64,000 bases of DNA from a phage: the sequence record PZ452598.1. One strand, written 5' to 3'. The stretch's first letter is position 1; every line of letters begins with the position of its first letter. The notes beneath the pieces are model-generated. The model did not search any database. It was not told the DNA's origin and saw nothing but the letters and a program-made list of their open reading frames with translations. A program made the position numbers and the translations under genes. Below, piece after piece: positions 46,578-60,863 of the stretch.

Positions 46578-48560
46578 ATGGCAAATACCCCTGTAAATTA
46601 TCAATTAACAAGAACAGCAAATGCTATTCCCGAGATATTCGTCGGGGGTACATTTGCTGAAATAAAACAAAACCTCATTGAATGGCTTAATGGCCAAAAT
46701 GAATTTTTGGATTATGATTTTGAAGGCTCAAGATTAAACGTTCTGTGTGACCTTTTAGCTTATAATACATTATACATTCAGCAGTTTGGTAATGCTGCTG
46801 TGTATGAAAGCTTTATGCGTACTGCTAACTTACGAAGTTCAGTTGTTCAAGCTGCACAAGATAACGGATATTTACCTACTTCAAAATCCGCTGCGCAGAC
46901 CGAAATTATGTTAACATGCACTGACGCATTGAATAGGAATTACATTACTATTCCTCGCGGAACTCGCTTTTTAGCATATGCAAAAGATACTTCTGTTAAT
47001 CCATATAACTTCGTTTCTACCGAAGACGTTATTGCTATTCGTGATAAAAATAACCAATATTTTCCGCGTTTAAAATTGGCCCAGGGACGTATAGTAAGAA
47101 CTGAAATCATTTATGATAAATTAACACCTATTATCATTTATGATAAAAATATTGATAGAAACCAGGTTAAATTATACGTTGATGGAGCGGAATGGATTAA
47201 CTGGACGAGAAAGTCAATGGTTCATGCTGGTTCAACATCAACGATTTACTATATGCGTGAAACTATTGATGGAAACACTGAATTCTATTTTGGTGAAGGT
47301 GAAATTTCTGTTAATGCTTCTGAAGGAGCTTTGACCGCTAATTATATCGGAGGTCTTAAACCTACTCAGAACTCTACGATTGTTATTGAGTACATTAGTA
47401 CTAATGGTGCTGACGCGAACGGAGCAGTCGGATTTTCATACGCAGATACATTAACAAATATAACTGTCATCAATATTAATGAAAATCCAAACGATGATCC
47501 AGATTTTGTTGGGGCAGATGGAGGCGGTGATCCAGAAGATATTGAGCGTATTCGCGAATTGGGTACTATTAAACGCGAAACCCAACAACGATGCGTAACT
47601 GCGACTGACTATGATACATTCGTTTCAGAGAGATTTGGTTCTATTATTCAAGCTGTTCAGACTTTCACTGATTCTACTAAACCTGGGTATGCATTTATTG
47701 CTGCTAAACCTAAATCAGGATTGTATTTAACTACCGTACAGCGTGAAGATATTAAAAATTATCTCAAAGACTATAATTTAGCTCCTATTACGCCATCAAT
47801 TATTTCTCCTAATTATCTTTTTATTAAGACTAATTTAAAAGTCACATATGCTTTAAATAAACTGCAAGAATCCGAACAGTGGCTTGAAGGTCAAATAATT
47901 GATAAAATTGATCGCTATTATACCGAAGATGTAGAAATTTTTAACTCGTCTTTCGCTAAATCTAAGATGTTGACATATGTAGATGATGCAGATCATTCTG
48001 TCATTGGTTCATCAGCGACTATTCAAATGGTTCGTGAAGTACAAAACTTCTATAAAACGCCTGAAGCGGGTATTAAATACAATAATCAAATAAAAGATCG
48101 TTCTATGGAATCTAATACGTTTTCATTTAATTCTGGACGAAAGGTTGTAAATCCTGATACTGGTTTAGAAGAAGATGTATTATATGACGTTCGTATAGTA
48201 TCAACAGACCGAGATTCTAAAGGAATTGGTAAAGTTATTATTGGTCCATTTGCTTCTGGCGATGTTACAGAAAATGAAAACATTCAGCCGTATACAGGCA
48301 ACGATTTTAACAAATTAGCAAATTCTGATGGACGCGACAAATACTATGTTATCGGTGAAATAAATTATCCAGCTGATGTGATTTATTGGAATATCGCTAA
48401 AATTAATTTAACATCTGAAAAATTTGAAGTTCAGACCATTGAATTATATTCTGACCCAACCGATGATGTTATCTTTACTCGCGATGGTTCACTGATTGTA
48501 TTTGAAAATGACTTACGTCCACAATACTTAACTATCGATTTGGAGCCTATATCACAATGA
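46578..48560 (+). CDS. 6: baseplate wedge protein gp6 (660 aa)
   Basis: size and order. Confidence 0.9.
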   Translation: MANTPVNYQLTRTANAIPEIFVGGTFAEIKQNLIEWLNGQNEFLDYDFEGSRLNVLCDLLAYNTLYIQQFGNAAVYESFMRTANLRSSVVQAAQDNGYLPTSKSAAQTEIMLTCTDALNRNYITIPRGTRFLAYAKDTSVNPYNFVSTEDVIAIRDKNNQYFPRLKLAQGRIVRTEIIYDKLTPIIIYDKNIDRNQVKLYVDGAEWINWTRKSMVHAGSTSTIYYMRETIDGNTEFYFGEGEISVNASEGALTANYIGGLKPTQNSTIVIEYISTNGADANGAVGFSYADTLTNITVININENPNDDPDFVGADGGGDPEDIERIRELGTIKRETQQRCVTATDYDTFVSERFGSIIQAVQTFTDSTKPGYAFIAAKPKSGLYLTTVQREDIKNYLKDYNLAPITPSIISPNYLFIKTNLKVTYALNKLQESEQWLEGQIIDKIDRYYTEDVEIFNSSFAKSKMLTYVDDADHSVIGSSATIQMVREVQNFYKTPEAGIKYNNQIKDRSMESNTFSFNSGRKVVNPDTGLEEDVLYDVRIVSTDRDSKGIGKVIIGPFASGDVTENENIQPYTGNDFNKLANSDGRDKYYVIGEINYPADVIYWNIAKINLTSEKFEVQTIELYSDPTDDVIFTRDGSLIVFENDLRPQYLTIDLEPISQ

Positions 48561-51500
48561 CAGTAAAAGCACCTTCAGTCACTAGTCTCAGAATTTCCAA
48601 GTTATCCGCAAATCAGGTGCAAGTACGCTGGGATGACGTTGGTGCTAATTTCTACTATTTTGTAGAAATCGCTGAGACAAAAACAAACTCGGGGGAAAAT
48701 CTCCCGAGTAATCAATATCGTTGGATTAATTTAGGATATACAGCAAATAATAGTTTCTTTTTTGATGATGCTGATCCATTAACAACATACATTATTAGAG
48801 TAGCCACAGCTGCGCAAGATTTTGAGCAGTCTGATTGGATTTATACCGAAGAGTTTGAAACTTTTGCTACAAATGCTTATACATTTCAAAACATGATTGA
48901 AATGCAATTAGCCAATAAATTCATTCAGGAAAAATTTACTCTTAATAATTCTGATTATGTTAATTTTAATAATGATACTATAATGGCTGCATTGATGAAT
49001 GAATCATTCCAATTCAGCCCATCGTATGTTGATGTTTCATCAATAAGTAATTTTATTATTGGTGAAAATGAGTATCATGAAATACAAGGTTCTATTCAGC
49101 AAGTATGTAAGGATATTAACCGAGTTTATTTGATGGAATCAGAAGGAATTCTATATCTTTTTGAGCGCTATCAACCTGTAGTTAAAGTATCCAATGATAA
49201 AGGACAAACCTGGAAAGCTGTAAAGCTCTTCAATGACCGTGTAGGATATCCTTTATCTAAGACAGTATATTACCAATCTGCGAACACAACATACGTTCTA
49301 GGATACGACAAGATTTTCTATGGCCGCAAATCTACTGATGTTAGATGGTCAGCCGATGATGTCAGATTTAGTTCTCAGGATATAACATTTGCTAAACTTG
49401 GCGACCAATTACATCTAGGATTTGATGTAGAAATTTTTGCCACTTACGCGACTTTACCAGCGAATGTATACCGCATTGCAGAAGCTATTACTTGCACCGA
49501 TGATTACATTTACGTTGTCGCCAGAGACAAAGTTAGATACATAAAAACGAGTAATGCACCTATAGATTCTGATCCATTATCTCCAACATATTCGGAAAGA
49601 CTTTTTGAACCTGATACCATGACTATAACCGGAAATCCTAAAGCAGTATGCTATAAAATGGATTCTATCTGTGATAAAGTTTTTGCTCTTATTATTGGTG
49701 AAGTTGAAACATTAAATGCTAATCCTAGAACATCAAAAATAATTGATTCCGCTGATAAAGGAATATATGTTTTAAATCATGACGAAAAAACATGGAAAAG
49801 AGTTTTTGGTAATACCGAAGAAGAAAGAAGACGTATTCAACCCGGATATGCGAATATGTCAACTGACGGTAAATTAGTTTCTCTGTCTTCGAGTAATTTT
49901 AAATTTTTAAGTGATAATGTTGTTAATGACCCTGAAACTGCAGCAAAATATCAGTTAATTGGCGCTGTTAAATATGAATTTCCTCGTGAATGGTTAGCTG
50001 ATAAGCATTATCATATGATGGCATTTATAGCGGATGAAACATCTGATTGGGAGACTTTTACTCCTCAACCAATGAAATACTACGCAGAACCATTCTTTAA
50101 CTGGTCTAAAAAATCTAACACACGTTGTTGGATAAACAACTCTGATAGAGCTGTGGTAGTTTATGCTGATTTAAAATACACTAAAGTTATAGAAAATATT
50201 CCGGAAACATCACCAGATAGATTAGTTCATGAATACTGGGATGATGGTGATTGCACTATAGTAATGCCAAATGTCAAATTCACTGGATTTAAAAAATACG
50301 CATCAGGAATGCTTTTCTATAAAGCCTCCGGTGAAATAATTTCTTACTATGATTTTAACTATCGTGTGAGAGATACAGTAGAAATTATTTGGAAGCCAAC
50401 TGAAGTATTTTTAAAAGCATTTTTACAAAACCAAGAGCATGAGACTCCTTGGTCACCAGAAGAAGAGCGTGGATTAGCTGACCCTGATTTAAGACCATTA
50501 ATTGGCACAATGATGCCTGATTCTTATTTGTTACAGGATTCGAATTTTGAGGCATTTTGCGAAGCATATATTCAGTATCTTTCTGATGGATATGGAACTC
50601 AATACAATAATTTACGAAATTTAATTCGTAACCAATATCCACGAGAAGAGCACGCATGGGAATATTTGTGGTCAGAGATATATAAAAGAAACATTTATTT
50701 AAATGCTGATAAACGCGATGCTGTTGCGAGATTCTTTGAATCACGTAGCTATGATTTTTATTCTACTAAAGGAATTGAAGCATCATACAAGTTTCTTTTT
50801 AAAGTTCTTTATAATGAAGAAGTTGAAATTGAAATTGAATCTGGGGCTGGTACTGAATATGATATAATCGTTCAATCTGATTCTTTGACTGAAGATTTAG
50901 TAGGACAAACGATTTATACGGCAACAGGAAGATGTAATGTTACTTATATAGAAAGAAGCTATTCTAATGGTAAATTGCAATGGACCGTAACTATTCATAA
51001 TCTTTTGGGACGATTAATTGCTGGTCAAGAAGTTAAAGCAGAAAGACTCCCTAGTTTTGAAGGCGAAATTATTCGTGGGGTTAAAGGAAAGGATTTGCTT
51101 CAAAACAATATAGACTATATTAATAGAAGTAGATCATACTATGTAATGAAAATTAAATCCAATTTACCTTCTTCCCGCTGGAAATCTGACGTTATTCGTT
51201 TTGTTCATCCAGTAGGATTTGGATTTATAGCAATTACCCTTTTAACAATGTTTATTAATGTTGGTTTAACTCTTAAACATACAGAGACTATAATTAATAA
51301 ATACAAAAACTATAAATGGGATTCTGGATTGCCTACTGAATATGCCGACAGAATAGCTAAATTAACTCCAACCGGTGAAATTGAGCATGATTCAGTAACA
51401 GGCGAAGCAATTTATGAGCCTGGCCCAATGGCTGGTGTAAAATATCCTCTTCCTGATGACTATAATGCTGAAAATAATAATTCAATATTTCAAGGTCAAT

Positions 51501-51655
51501 TGCCGTCTGAACGACGTAAATTAATGAGTCCTTTATTTGATGCATCTGGAACAACATTTGCGCAATTTAGAGATTTAGTTAATAAACGTCTAAAAGATAA
51601 TATAGGAAATCCAAGAGACCCTGAAAATCCAACACAGGTTAAAATAGATGAATGA
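48557..51655 (+). CDS. 7: baseplate wedge protein gp7 (1032 aa)
   Basis: size and order; overlapping start/stop with 6 and 8. Confidence 0.9.
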   Translation: MTVKAPSVTSLRISKLSANQVQVRWDDVGANFYYFVEIAETKTNSGENLPSNQYRWINLGYTANNSFFFDDADPLTTYIIRVATAAQDFEQSDWIYTEEFETFATNAYTFQNMIEMQLANKFIQEKFTLNNSDYVNFNNDTIMAALMNESFQFSPSYVDVSSISNFIIGENEYHEIQGSIQQVCKDINRVYLMESEGILYLFERYQPVVKVSNDKGQTWKAVKLFNDRVGYPLSKTVYYQSANTTYVLGYDKIFYGRKSTDVRWSADDVRFSSQDITFAKLGDQLHLGFDVEIFATYATLPANVYRIAEAITCTDDYIYVVARDKVRYIKTSNAPIDSDPLSPTYSERLFEPDTMTITGNPKAVCYKMDSICDKVFALIIGEVETLNANPRTSKIIDSADKGIYVLNHDEKTWKRVFGNTEEERRRIQPGYANMSTDGKLVSLSSSNFKFLSDNVVNDPETAAKYQLIGAVKYEFPREWLADKHYHMMAFIADETSDWETFTPQPMKYYAEPFFNWSKKSNTRCWINNSDRAVVVYADLKYTKVIENIPETSPDRLVHEYWDDGDCTIVMPNVKFTGFKKYASGMLFYKASGEIISYYDFNYRVRDTVEIIWKPTEVFLKAFLQNQEHETPWSPEEERGLADPDLRPLIGTMMPDSYLLQDSNFEAFCEAYIQYLSDGYGTQYNNLRNLIRNQYPREEHAWEYLWSEIYKRNIYLNADKRDAVARFFESRSYDFYSTKGIEASYKFLFKVLYNEEVEIEIESGAGTEYDIIVQSDSLTEDLVGQTIYTATGRCNVTYIERSYSNGKLQWTVTIHNLLGRLIAGQEVKAERLPSFEGEIIRGVKGKDLLQNNIDYINRSRSYYVMKIKSNLPSSRWKSDVIRFVHPVGFGFIAITLLTMFINVGLTLKHTETIINKYKNYKWDSGLPTEYADRIAKLTPTGEIEHDSVTGEAIYEPGPMAGVKYPLPDDYNAENNNSIFQGQLPSERRKLMSPLFDASGTTFAQFRDLVNKRLKDNIGNPRDPENPTQVKIDE

Positions 51656-52652
51656 TTCAAGTGTTATCTATCGTGCGATAGTTACTTCAAAATTTAGAAC
51701 AGAAAAAATGTTGAATTTTTATAATTCAATTGGAAGTGGTCCGGATAAAAACACTATCTTTATCACATTTGGAAGATCAGAACCGTGGTCATCAAATGAA
51801 AATGAGGTGGGCTTTGCCCCACCTTATCCAACCGATTCTGTATTAGGCGTAACTGACATGTGGACGCATATGATGGGAACAGTAAAAGTTCTTCCATCAA
51901 TGCTTGATGCTGTTATTCCTCGCAGAGATTGGGGAGATACTAGATATCCGGATCCATACACATTTAGAATTAACGATATTGTAGTGTGTAACTCAGCTCC
52001 TTACAACGCTACTGAATCAGGCGCTGGTTGGTTAGTGTATCGTTGTTTAGATGTTCCTGATACCGGAATGTGTTCAATAGCATCTTTAACTGATAAAGAT
52101 GAATGCCTTAAGTTAGGTGGAAAATGGACTCCTTCTGCTAGGTCAATGACTCCGCCTGAAGGTCGAGGAGATGCTGAAGGAACAATTGAACCCGGAGACG
52201 GGTATGTGTGGGAATATCTATTTGAGATTCCGCCTGATGTATCTATAAATAGATGCACGAATGAATATATCGTGGTTCCTTGGCCTGAGGAATTAAAAGA
52301 AGACCCGACTAGATGGGGATATGAAGATAATCTCACTTGGCAACAAGATGATTTTGGATTAATTTACCGTGTTAAGGCAAATACTATCCGTTTTAAAGCA
52401 TATTTAGATTCAGTTTATTTTCCTGAAGCTGCATTGCCAGGAAATAAAGGATTTAGACAAATATCAATAATCACGAATCCTCTTGAAGCTAAAGCTCATC
52501 CAAATGACCCAAACGTTAAAGCTGAAAAGGATTATTATGACCCAGAAGATTTAATGAGGCATTCGGGTGAAATGATTTATATGGAAAATAGGCCACCTAT
52601 TATTATGGCAATGGATCAAACAGAAGAAATCAATATTCTGTTTACATTTTAA
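51648..52652 (+). CDS. 8: baseplate wedge protein gp8 (334 aa)
   Basis: size and order. Confidence 0.9.
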   Translation: MNDSSVIYRAIVTSKFRTEKMLNFYNSIGSGPDKNTIFITFGRSEPWSSNENEVGFAPPYPTDSVLGVTDMWTHMMGTVKVLPSMLDAVIPRRDWGDTRYPDPYTFRINDIVVCNSAPYNATESGAGWLVYRCLDVPDTGMCSIASLTDKDECLKLGGKWTPSARSMTPPEGRGDAEGTIEPGDGYVWEYLFEIPPDVSINRCTNEYIVVPWPEELKEDPTRWGYEDNLTWQQDDFGLIYRVKANTIRFKAYLDSVYFPEAALPGNKGFRQISIITNPLEAKAHPNDPNVKAEKDYYDPEDLMRHSGEMIYMENRPPIIMAMDQTEEINILFTF

Positions 52653-52655
52653 ATT

Positions 52656-52684
52656 AAGGGAGCCCATGGGCTCCCTTTTTCTTT
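52656..52684 (+). terminator. intrinsic terminator after gene 8
   Basis: GGGAGCCC-AUG-GGCUCCC hairpin followed by UUUUUCUUU. Confidence 0.65.
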
Positions 52685-52691
52685 ATAAATA
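52684..52691 (+). promoter_or_regulatory. late promoter box TATAAATA for gene 9
   Basis: exact TATAAATA 25 nt upstream of gene 9 ATG. Confidence 0.65.
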
Positions 52692-52715
52692 CTATAAACT
52701 CATAAGGAAACCGCT

Positions 52716-53582
52716 ATGTTCATTCAAGAACCAAAGAAATTGATTGATACCGGCGAAATTGGTAACGCTTCTACTGGTGATATCTTATTCGACGGTGGTA
52801 ATAAAATTAATAGTGATTTTAACGCAATTTATAATGCGTTTGGCGATCAGCGTAAAATGGCAGTAGCAAATGGCACTGGAGCAGATGGTCAAATTATCCA
52901 TGCTACTGGATATTATCAAAAACACTCTATTACAGAGTACGCAACTCCAGTGAAAGTTGGCACTAGACATGATATTGATACCTCTACTGTAGGTGTTAAA
53001 GTTATCATTGAAAGAGGCGAACTCGGCGATTGTGTTGAATTCATTAACTCTAATGGATCAATATCAGTTACTAATCCTTTGACAATTCAAGCTATTGATT
53101 CAATTAAAGGTGTTTCAGGTAATTTAGTAGTAACTAGCCCATATAGTAAAGTTACTTTACGCTGTATTTCATCTGATAATTCTACGTCGGTTTGGAATTA
53201 TTCTATTGAAAGTATGTTTGGACAAAAGGAATCACCAGCTGAAGGTACATGGAATATTTCTACATCTGGATCAGTTGACATTCCATTATTTCATCGTACT
53301 GAATACAATATGGCTAAATTGCTAGTTACGTGCCAATCGGTAGATGGAAGAAAAATTAAAACAGCAGAAATAAATATTCTTGTGGATACTGTTAATTCAG
53401 AGGTAATTTCTTCTGAATATGCTGTCATGCGAGTTGGGAATGAAACCGAAGAAGACGAAATCGCTAATATTGCATTTAGTATTAAAGAAAATTATGTAAC
53501 GGCGACTATAAGTTCTTCAACTGTCGGTATGAGAGCAGCAGTTAAAGTTATCGCTACGCAGAAAATCGGGGTGGCTCAATAA
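52716..53582 (+). CDS. 9: baseplate protein gp9, long tail fibre socket (288 aa)
   Basis: size and order. Confidence 0.9.
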   Translation: MFIQEPKKLIDTGEIGNASTGDILFDGGNKINSDFNAIYNAFGDQRKMAVANGTGADGQIIHATGYYQKHSITEYATPVKVGTRHDIDTSTVGVKVIIERGELGDCVEFINSNGSISVTNPLTIQAIDSIKGVSGNLVVTSPYSKVTLRCISSDNSTSVWNYSIESMFGQKESPAEGTWNISTSGSVDIPLFHRTEYNMAKLLVTCQSVDGRKIKTAEINILVDTVNSEVISSEYAVMRVGNETEEDEIANIAFSIKENYVTATISSSTVGMRAAVKVIATQKIGVAQ

Positions 53583-55390
53583 TGAAACAAAATATTAATA
53601 TCGGTAATGTTGTAGATGATGGTACCGGTGACTACCTGCGTAAAGGTGGTATAAAAATAAATGAAAACTTTGATGAGCTTTATTATGAACTCGGTGATGG
53701 TGATGTTCCATATTCAGCCGGTGCCTGGAAAACTTATAATGCTTCATCAGGACAAACATTAACAGCAGAATGGGGAAAATCATACGCTATTAATACATCT
53801 TCTGGAAGAGTGACTATAAATCTTCCAAAGGGTACAGTTAATGATTACAACAAGGTAATTAGAGCTAGAGACGTATTTGCTACATGGAACGTCAACCCAG
53901 TTACACTAGTAGCTGCTTCCGGCGATACGATTAAAGGGTCTGCAGTACCAGTTGAAATTAATGTTCAATTCAGCGATTTAGAACTAGTGTATTGTGCCCC
54001 AGGACGTTGGGAATATGTCAAAAATAAACAAATTGACAAAATTACCAGTTCAGACATTAGTAATGTAGCTCGCAAAGAATTTTTAGTTGAAGTTAAAGGA
54101 CAAACAGACTTTTTAGATGTTTTCCGTGGAACTAGTTATAATGTAAATAACATCAGAGTAAAACATCGTGGTAACGAATTGTATTACGGCGATGTGTTTA
54201 GCGAAAACAGCGATTTTGGCTCTCCAGGCGAAAATGAAGGAGAACTGGTTCCTCTTGATGGATTTAACATTCGATTAAGACAGCCTTGTAATATTGGTGA
54301 CACTGTTCAAATTGAAACATTTATGGATGGTGTATCACAGTGGAGAAGTTCATATACAAGACGTCAAATTAGATTGTTAGATTCAAAATTAACGTCAAAA
54401 ACTTCTTTAGAAGGAAGCATTTACGTTACTGATTTATCAACAATGAAATCAATTCCATTTTCTGCTTTTGGATTAATTCCAGGAGAACCTATTAATCCTA
54501 ACTCTCTTGAGGTTCGTTTTAACGGGATTTTACAGGAATTGGCTGGCACAGTTGGAATGCCATTATTTCATTGTGTTGGTGCCGATTCAGACGATGAAGT
54601 AGAATGCTCTGTTTTAGGTGGAACTTGGGAACAATCTCATACCGATTATTCAGTTGAAACTGATGAAAACGGCATACCAGAAATTTTACATTTCGATAGA
54701 GTATTTGAGCATGGTGACATTATCAATATCACCTGGTTTAATAATGATTTGGGTACATTATTAACAAAAGATGAGATTATTGATGAAACTGATAATCTCT
54801 ATGTATCGCAAGGACCTGGAGTAGATATTTCTGGTGATGTAAATTTAACAGACTTCGATAAAATTGGTTGGCCAAATGTAGAAGCAGTTCAATCTTATCA
54901 ACGCGAATTTAATGCTGTTTCAAATATCTTTGATACGATTTATCCTATTGGAACTATATATGAAAACGCTGTTAATCCAAATAACCCTGTTACATATATG
55001 GGATTCGGCTCATGGAAATTATTTGGGCAAGGAAAAGTTTTAGTTGGATGGAATGAAGATATTTCGGACCCTAACTTTGCTCTAAATAACAACGATTTAG
55101 ATTCGGGTGGAAATCCTTCACATACCGCAGGTGGAACAGGTGGTTCTACTTCTGTTACATTGGAAAATGCTAATCTTCCTGCAACTGAAACAGATGAAGA
55201 AGTTCTAATAGTTGATGAAAATGGATCAGTCATTGTTGGTGGGTGTCAATACGATCCAGATGAATCCGGTCCAATTTACACTAAATACCGTGAAGCTAAA
55301 GCATCTACTAACTCTACTCACACTCCGCCAACATCAATAACTAACATTCAACCATATATTACAGTTTATCGTTGGATAAGGATTGCATAA
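53582..55390 (+). CDS. 10: baseplate wedge protein gp10 (602 aa)
   Basis: size and order. Confidence 0.9.
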
Positions 55391-56049
55391 TGAGTTTACT
55401 TAATAATAAAGCGGGAGTTATTTCCCGCTTAGCCGATTTTCTTGGTTTTAGACCTAAAACTGGCGACATTGATGTAATGAATCGTCAATCAGTCGGGTCA
55501 GTGACAATATCTCAATTAGCGAAAGGATTTTATGAACCAAACATAGAATCAGCTATTAATGACGTTCATAATTTTTCTATAAAAGACGTTGGCACAATTA
55601 TTACTAATAAAACTGGTGTTTCTCCTGAGGGTGTTTCTCAAACTGATTATTGGGCATTTTCTGGAACTGTAACAGACGATTCTCTTCCTCCGGGTTCTCC
55701 TATTACGGTATTAGTATTTGGTCTTCCAGTTTCAGCAACAACTGGAATGACGGCAATTGAGTTTGTTGCAAAAGTTCGCGTTGCACTACAAGAAGCTATT
55801 GCGTCATTTACTGCTATCAATTCATATAAAGACCATCCAACTGATGGTAGTAAATTAGAAGTTACTTATTTAGATAATCAAAAACATGTATTAAGCACAT
55901 ATTCTACATATGGAATAACTATTTCCCAAGAAATTATATCTGAGTCTAAGCCTGGCTATGGTACATGGAATTTATTGGGCGCACAAACTGTAACTTTAGA
56001 TAATCAGCAGACTCCTACAGTATTTTATCATTTTGAGAGAACAGCATGA
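55390..56049 (+). CDS. 11: baseplate wedge protein gp11 (219 aa from [10 protein letters not shown])
   Basis: TAATG stop/start overlap with gene 10; track start is an upstream extension. Confidence 0.85.
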
Positions 56050-57629
56050 GTAATAATACATATCAACACGTTTCTAATGAATCTCGTTATGTAAAATTTG
56101 ATCCTACCGATACGAATTTTCCACCGGAGATTACTGATGTTCAGGCTGCTATAGCAGCCATTTCTCCTGCTGGAGTAAATGGAGTTCCTGATGCATCGTC
56201 AACAACAAAGGGAATTCTATTTCTTGCCACTGAACAGGAAGTTATAGATGGAACTAATAATACCAAAGCAGTTACACCAGCAACGTTGGCAACAAGATTA
56301 TCTTATCCAAATGCAACTGAAACTGTTTACGGATTAACAAGATATTCAACCAATGATGAAGCCATTGCCGGAGTTAATAATGAATCTTCTATAACTCCAG
56401 CTAAATTTACTGTCGCCCTTAATAATGCGTTTGAAACGCGAGTTTCAACTGAATCCTCAAATGGTGTTATTAAAATTTCATCTCTACCGCAAGCATTAGC
56501 TGGTGCAGATGATACTACTGCAATGACTCCATTAAAAACACAGCAGTTAGCTATTAAATTAATTGCGCAAATTGCTCCTTCTGAAACCACAGCTACCGAA
56601 TCGGACCAAGGTGTTGTTCAATTAGCAACAGTAGCGCAGGTTCGTCAGGGAACTTTAAGAGAAGGCTATGCAATTTCTCCTTATACGTTTATGAATTCAT
56701 CTGCTACTGAAGAATATAAAGGCGTAATTAAATTAGGAACACAATCAGAAGTTAACTCGAATAATGCTTCTGTTGCGGTTACTGGCGCAACTCTTAATGG
56801 TCGTGGTTCTACGACGTCAATGAGAGGCGTAGTTAAATTAACTACAACCGCCGGTTCACAGAGTGGAGGCGATGCTTCATCAGCCTTAGCTTGGAATGCT
56901 GACGTTATCCACCAAAGAGGTGGTCAAATTATCTATGGAACACTCCGCATTGAAGACACATTTACAATAGCTAATGGTGGAGCAAATATTACGGGTACCG
57001 TCAGAATGACTGGCGGTTATATTCAAGGTAACCGCATCGTAACACAAAATGAAATTGATAGAACTATTCCTGTCGGAGCTATTATGATGTGGGCCGCTGA
57101 TAGTCTTCCTAGTGATGCTTGGCGCTTCTGCCATGGTGGAACTGTTTCAGCGTCAGATTGTCCATTATATGCTTCTAGAATTGGAACAAGATATGGCGGA
57201 AACCCATCAAATCCTGGATTGCCTGACATGCGTGGTCTTTTTGTTCGTGGTTCTGGTCGTGGTTCTCACTTAACAAATCCAAATGTTAATGGTAATGACC
57301 AATTTGGTAAACCTAGATTAGGTGTAGGTTGTACCGGTGGATATGTTGGTGAAGTACAGAAACAACAGATGTCTTATCATAAACATGCTGGCGGATTTGG
57401 TGAGCATGATGATTCTGGGGCATTCGGTAATACCCGTAGATCAAATTTTGTTGGTACACGTAAAGGACTTGACTGGGATAACCGTTCATACTTCACCAAT
57501 GACGGATATGAAATTGACCCAGAATCACAACGAAATTCCAAATATACATTAAATCGTCCTGAATTAATTGGAAATGAAACACGTCCATGGAACATTTCTT
57601 TAAACTACATAATTAAGGTAAAAGAATGA
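56046..57629 (+). CDS. 12: short tail fibre protein gp12 (527 aa)
   Basis: size and order; Gly/Thr/Ser-rich fibre sequence. Confidence 0.9.
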
Positions 57630-59089
57630 CAGATATTGTACTGAATGACTTACCATTCGTTGACGGCCCTCCTGCAGAGGGCCAGAGCCGCATTTCCTGG
57701 ATTAAAAACGGCGAAGAAATATTAGGAGCTGACACACAGTATGGAAGTGAAGGCTCAATGAATAGACCTACGGTTTCTGTACTAAGAAATGTTGAAGTTC
57801 TTGATAAAAACATTGGAATACTTAAAACATCTTTAGAAACCGCAAATAGTGATATTAAAACAATTCAGGGCATCTTAGATGTATCTGGTGATATTGAAGC
57901 TTTGGCCCAAATAGGTATCAATAAAAAGGATATTTCTGACCTCAAAACGCTAACCAGTGAACACACAGAAATATTAAATGGAACTAATAATACGGTTGAC
58001 AGTATTCTTGCCGATATTGGTCCATTTAACGCCGAGGCCAACTCTGTATACAGAACGATCAGAAATGATTTACTGTGGATAAAGCGTGAACTTGGACAAT
58101 ACACTGGTCAAGATATTAATGGTCTTCCTGTTGTAGGAAATCCTAGTAGTGGAATGAAGCATCGCATTATTAATAATACTGATGTCATCACTTCGCAGGG
58201 AATACGTTTAAGCGAATTAGAAACAAAATTTATTGAATCTGATGTAGGTTCTTTGACCATTGAAGTTGGTAATCTTCGTGAAGAGCTTGGACCGAAACCA
58301 CCATCATTTTCACAGAACGTTTATAGTCGTTTAAATGAAATTGACACTAAACAGACAACAGTTGAGTCTGACATTAGTGCTATTAAGACCTCAATAGGAT
58401 ATCCAGGAAATAATTCGATTATCACGAGTGTTAATACAAACACTGATAATATTGCATCTATTAATTTAGAGCTAAATCAAAGTGGAGGTATTAAACAGCG
58501 TTTAACCGTTATTGAAACTTCCATTGGTTCAGATGATATTCCTTCGAGTATTAAAGGTCAAATCAAAGATAATACAACTTCAATCGAATCTCTAAATGGA
58601 ATCGTCGGTGAAAACACTTCATCTGGCTTAAGAGCGAATGTTTCATGGTTAAACCAAATTGTTGGAACTGATTCTAGCGGTGGACAACCTTCTCCTCCTG
58701 GGTCTCTTTTAAACCGAGTTTCTACAATTGAAACTTCTGTTTCAGGCTTGAATAACGATGTTCAAAACCTACAAGTAGAGATTGGTAATAACAGCACAGG
58801 AATTAAAGGGCAAGTTGTAGCGTTAAATACTTTAGTAAATGGAACTAATCCAAACGGTTCAACTGTTGAAGAGCGCGGATTAACCAATTCAATAAAAGCT
58901 AACGAAACTAACATTGCATCAGTTACACAAGAAGTGAATACAGCTAAAGGCAATATATCTTCTTTACAAGGTGATGTTCAAGCTCTCCAAGAAGCCGGTT
59001 ATATTCCTGAAGCTCCAAGAGATGGGCAAGCTTACGTTCGTAAAGATGGCGAATGGGTATTGCTTTCTACCTTTTTATCACCAGCATAA
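57626..59089 (+). CDS. wac: fibritin (whisker antigen control, 487 aa)
   Basis: long segmented coiled coil; C-terminal foldon [27 protein letters not shown]. Confidence 0.95.
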   Translation: MTDIVLNDLPFVDGPPAEGQSRISWIKNGEEILGADTQYGSEGSMNRPTVSVLRNVEVLDKNIGILKTSLETANSDIKTIQGILDVSGDIEALAQIGINKKDISDLKTLTSEHTEILNGTNNTVDSILADIGPFNAEANSVYRTIRNDLLWIKRELGQYTGQDINGLPVVGNPSSGMKHRIINNTDVITSQGIRLSELETKFIESDVGSLTIEVGNLREELGPKPPSFSQNVYSRLNEIDTKQTTVESDISAIKTSIGYPGNNSIITSVNTNTDNIASINLELNQSGGIKQRLTVIETSIGSDDIPSSIKGQIKDNTTSIESLNGIVGENTSSGLRANVSWLNQIVGTDSSGGQPSPPGSLLNRVSTIETSVSGLNNDVQNLQVEIGNNSTGIKGQVVALNTLVNGTNPNGSTVEERGLTNSIKANETNIASVTQEVNTAKGNISSLQGDVQALQEAGYIPEAPRDGQAYVRKDGEWVLLSTFLSPA

Positions 59090-59091
59090 CA

Positions 59092-59109
59092 TGGGGCCGC
59101 AAGGCCCCA
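59092..59109 (+). other. GNRA-type hairpin GGGGCC-GCAA-GGCCCC between wac and gene 13
   Basis: perfect 6-bp stem, GCAA loop, no U-run. Confidence 0.45.
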
Positions 59110-59120
59110 AAGGATTTTAA

Positions 59121-60822
<1,702 letters not shown>

Positions 60823-60863
60823 TAAATATTATAAACTAATTAAAGCCCGGATTAGGAGAAGTC

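Noticed and set aside
59092-59109. GGGGCC-GCAA-GGCCCC hairpin after wac as an intrinsic terminator
   Set aside because: No U-run follows; more likely an RNA stability or processing element, annotated as other.
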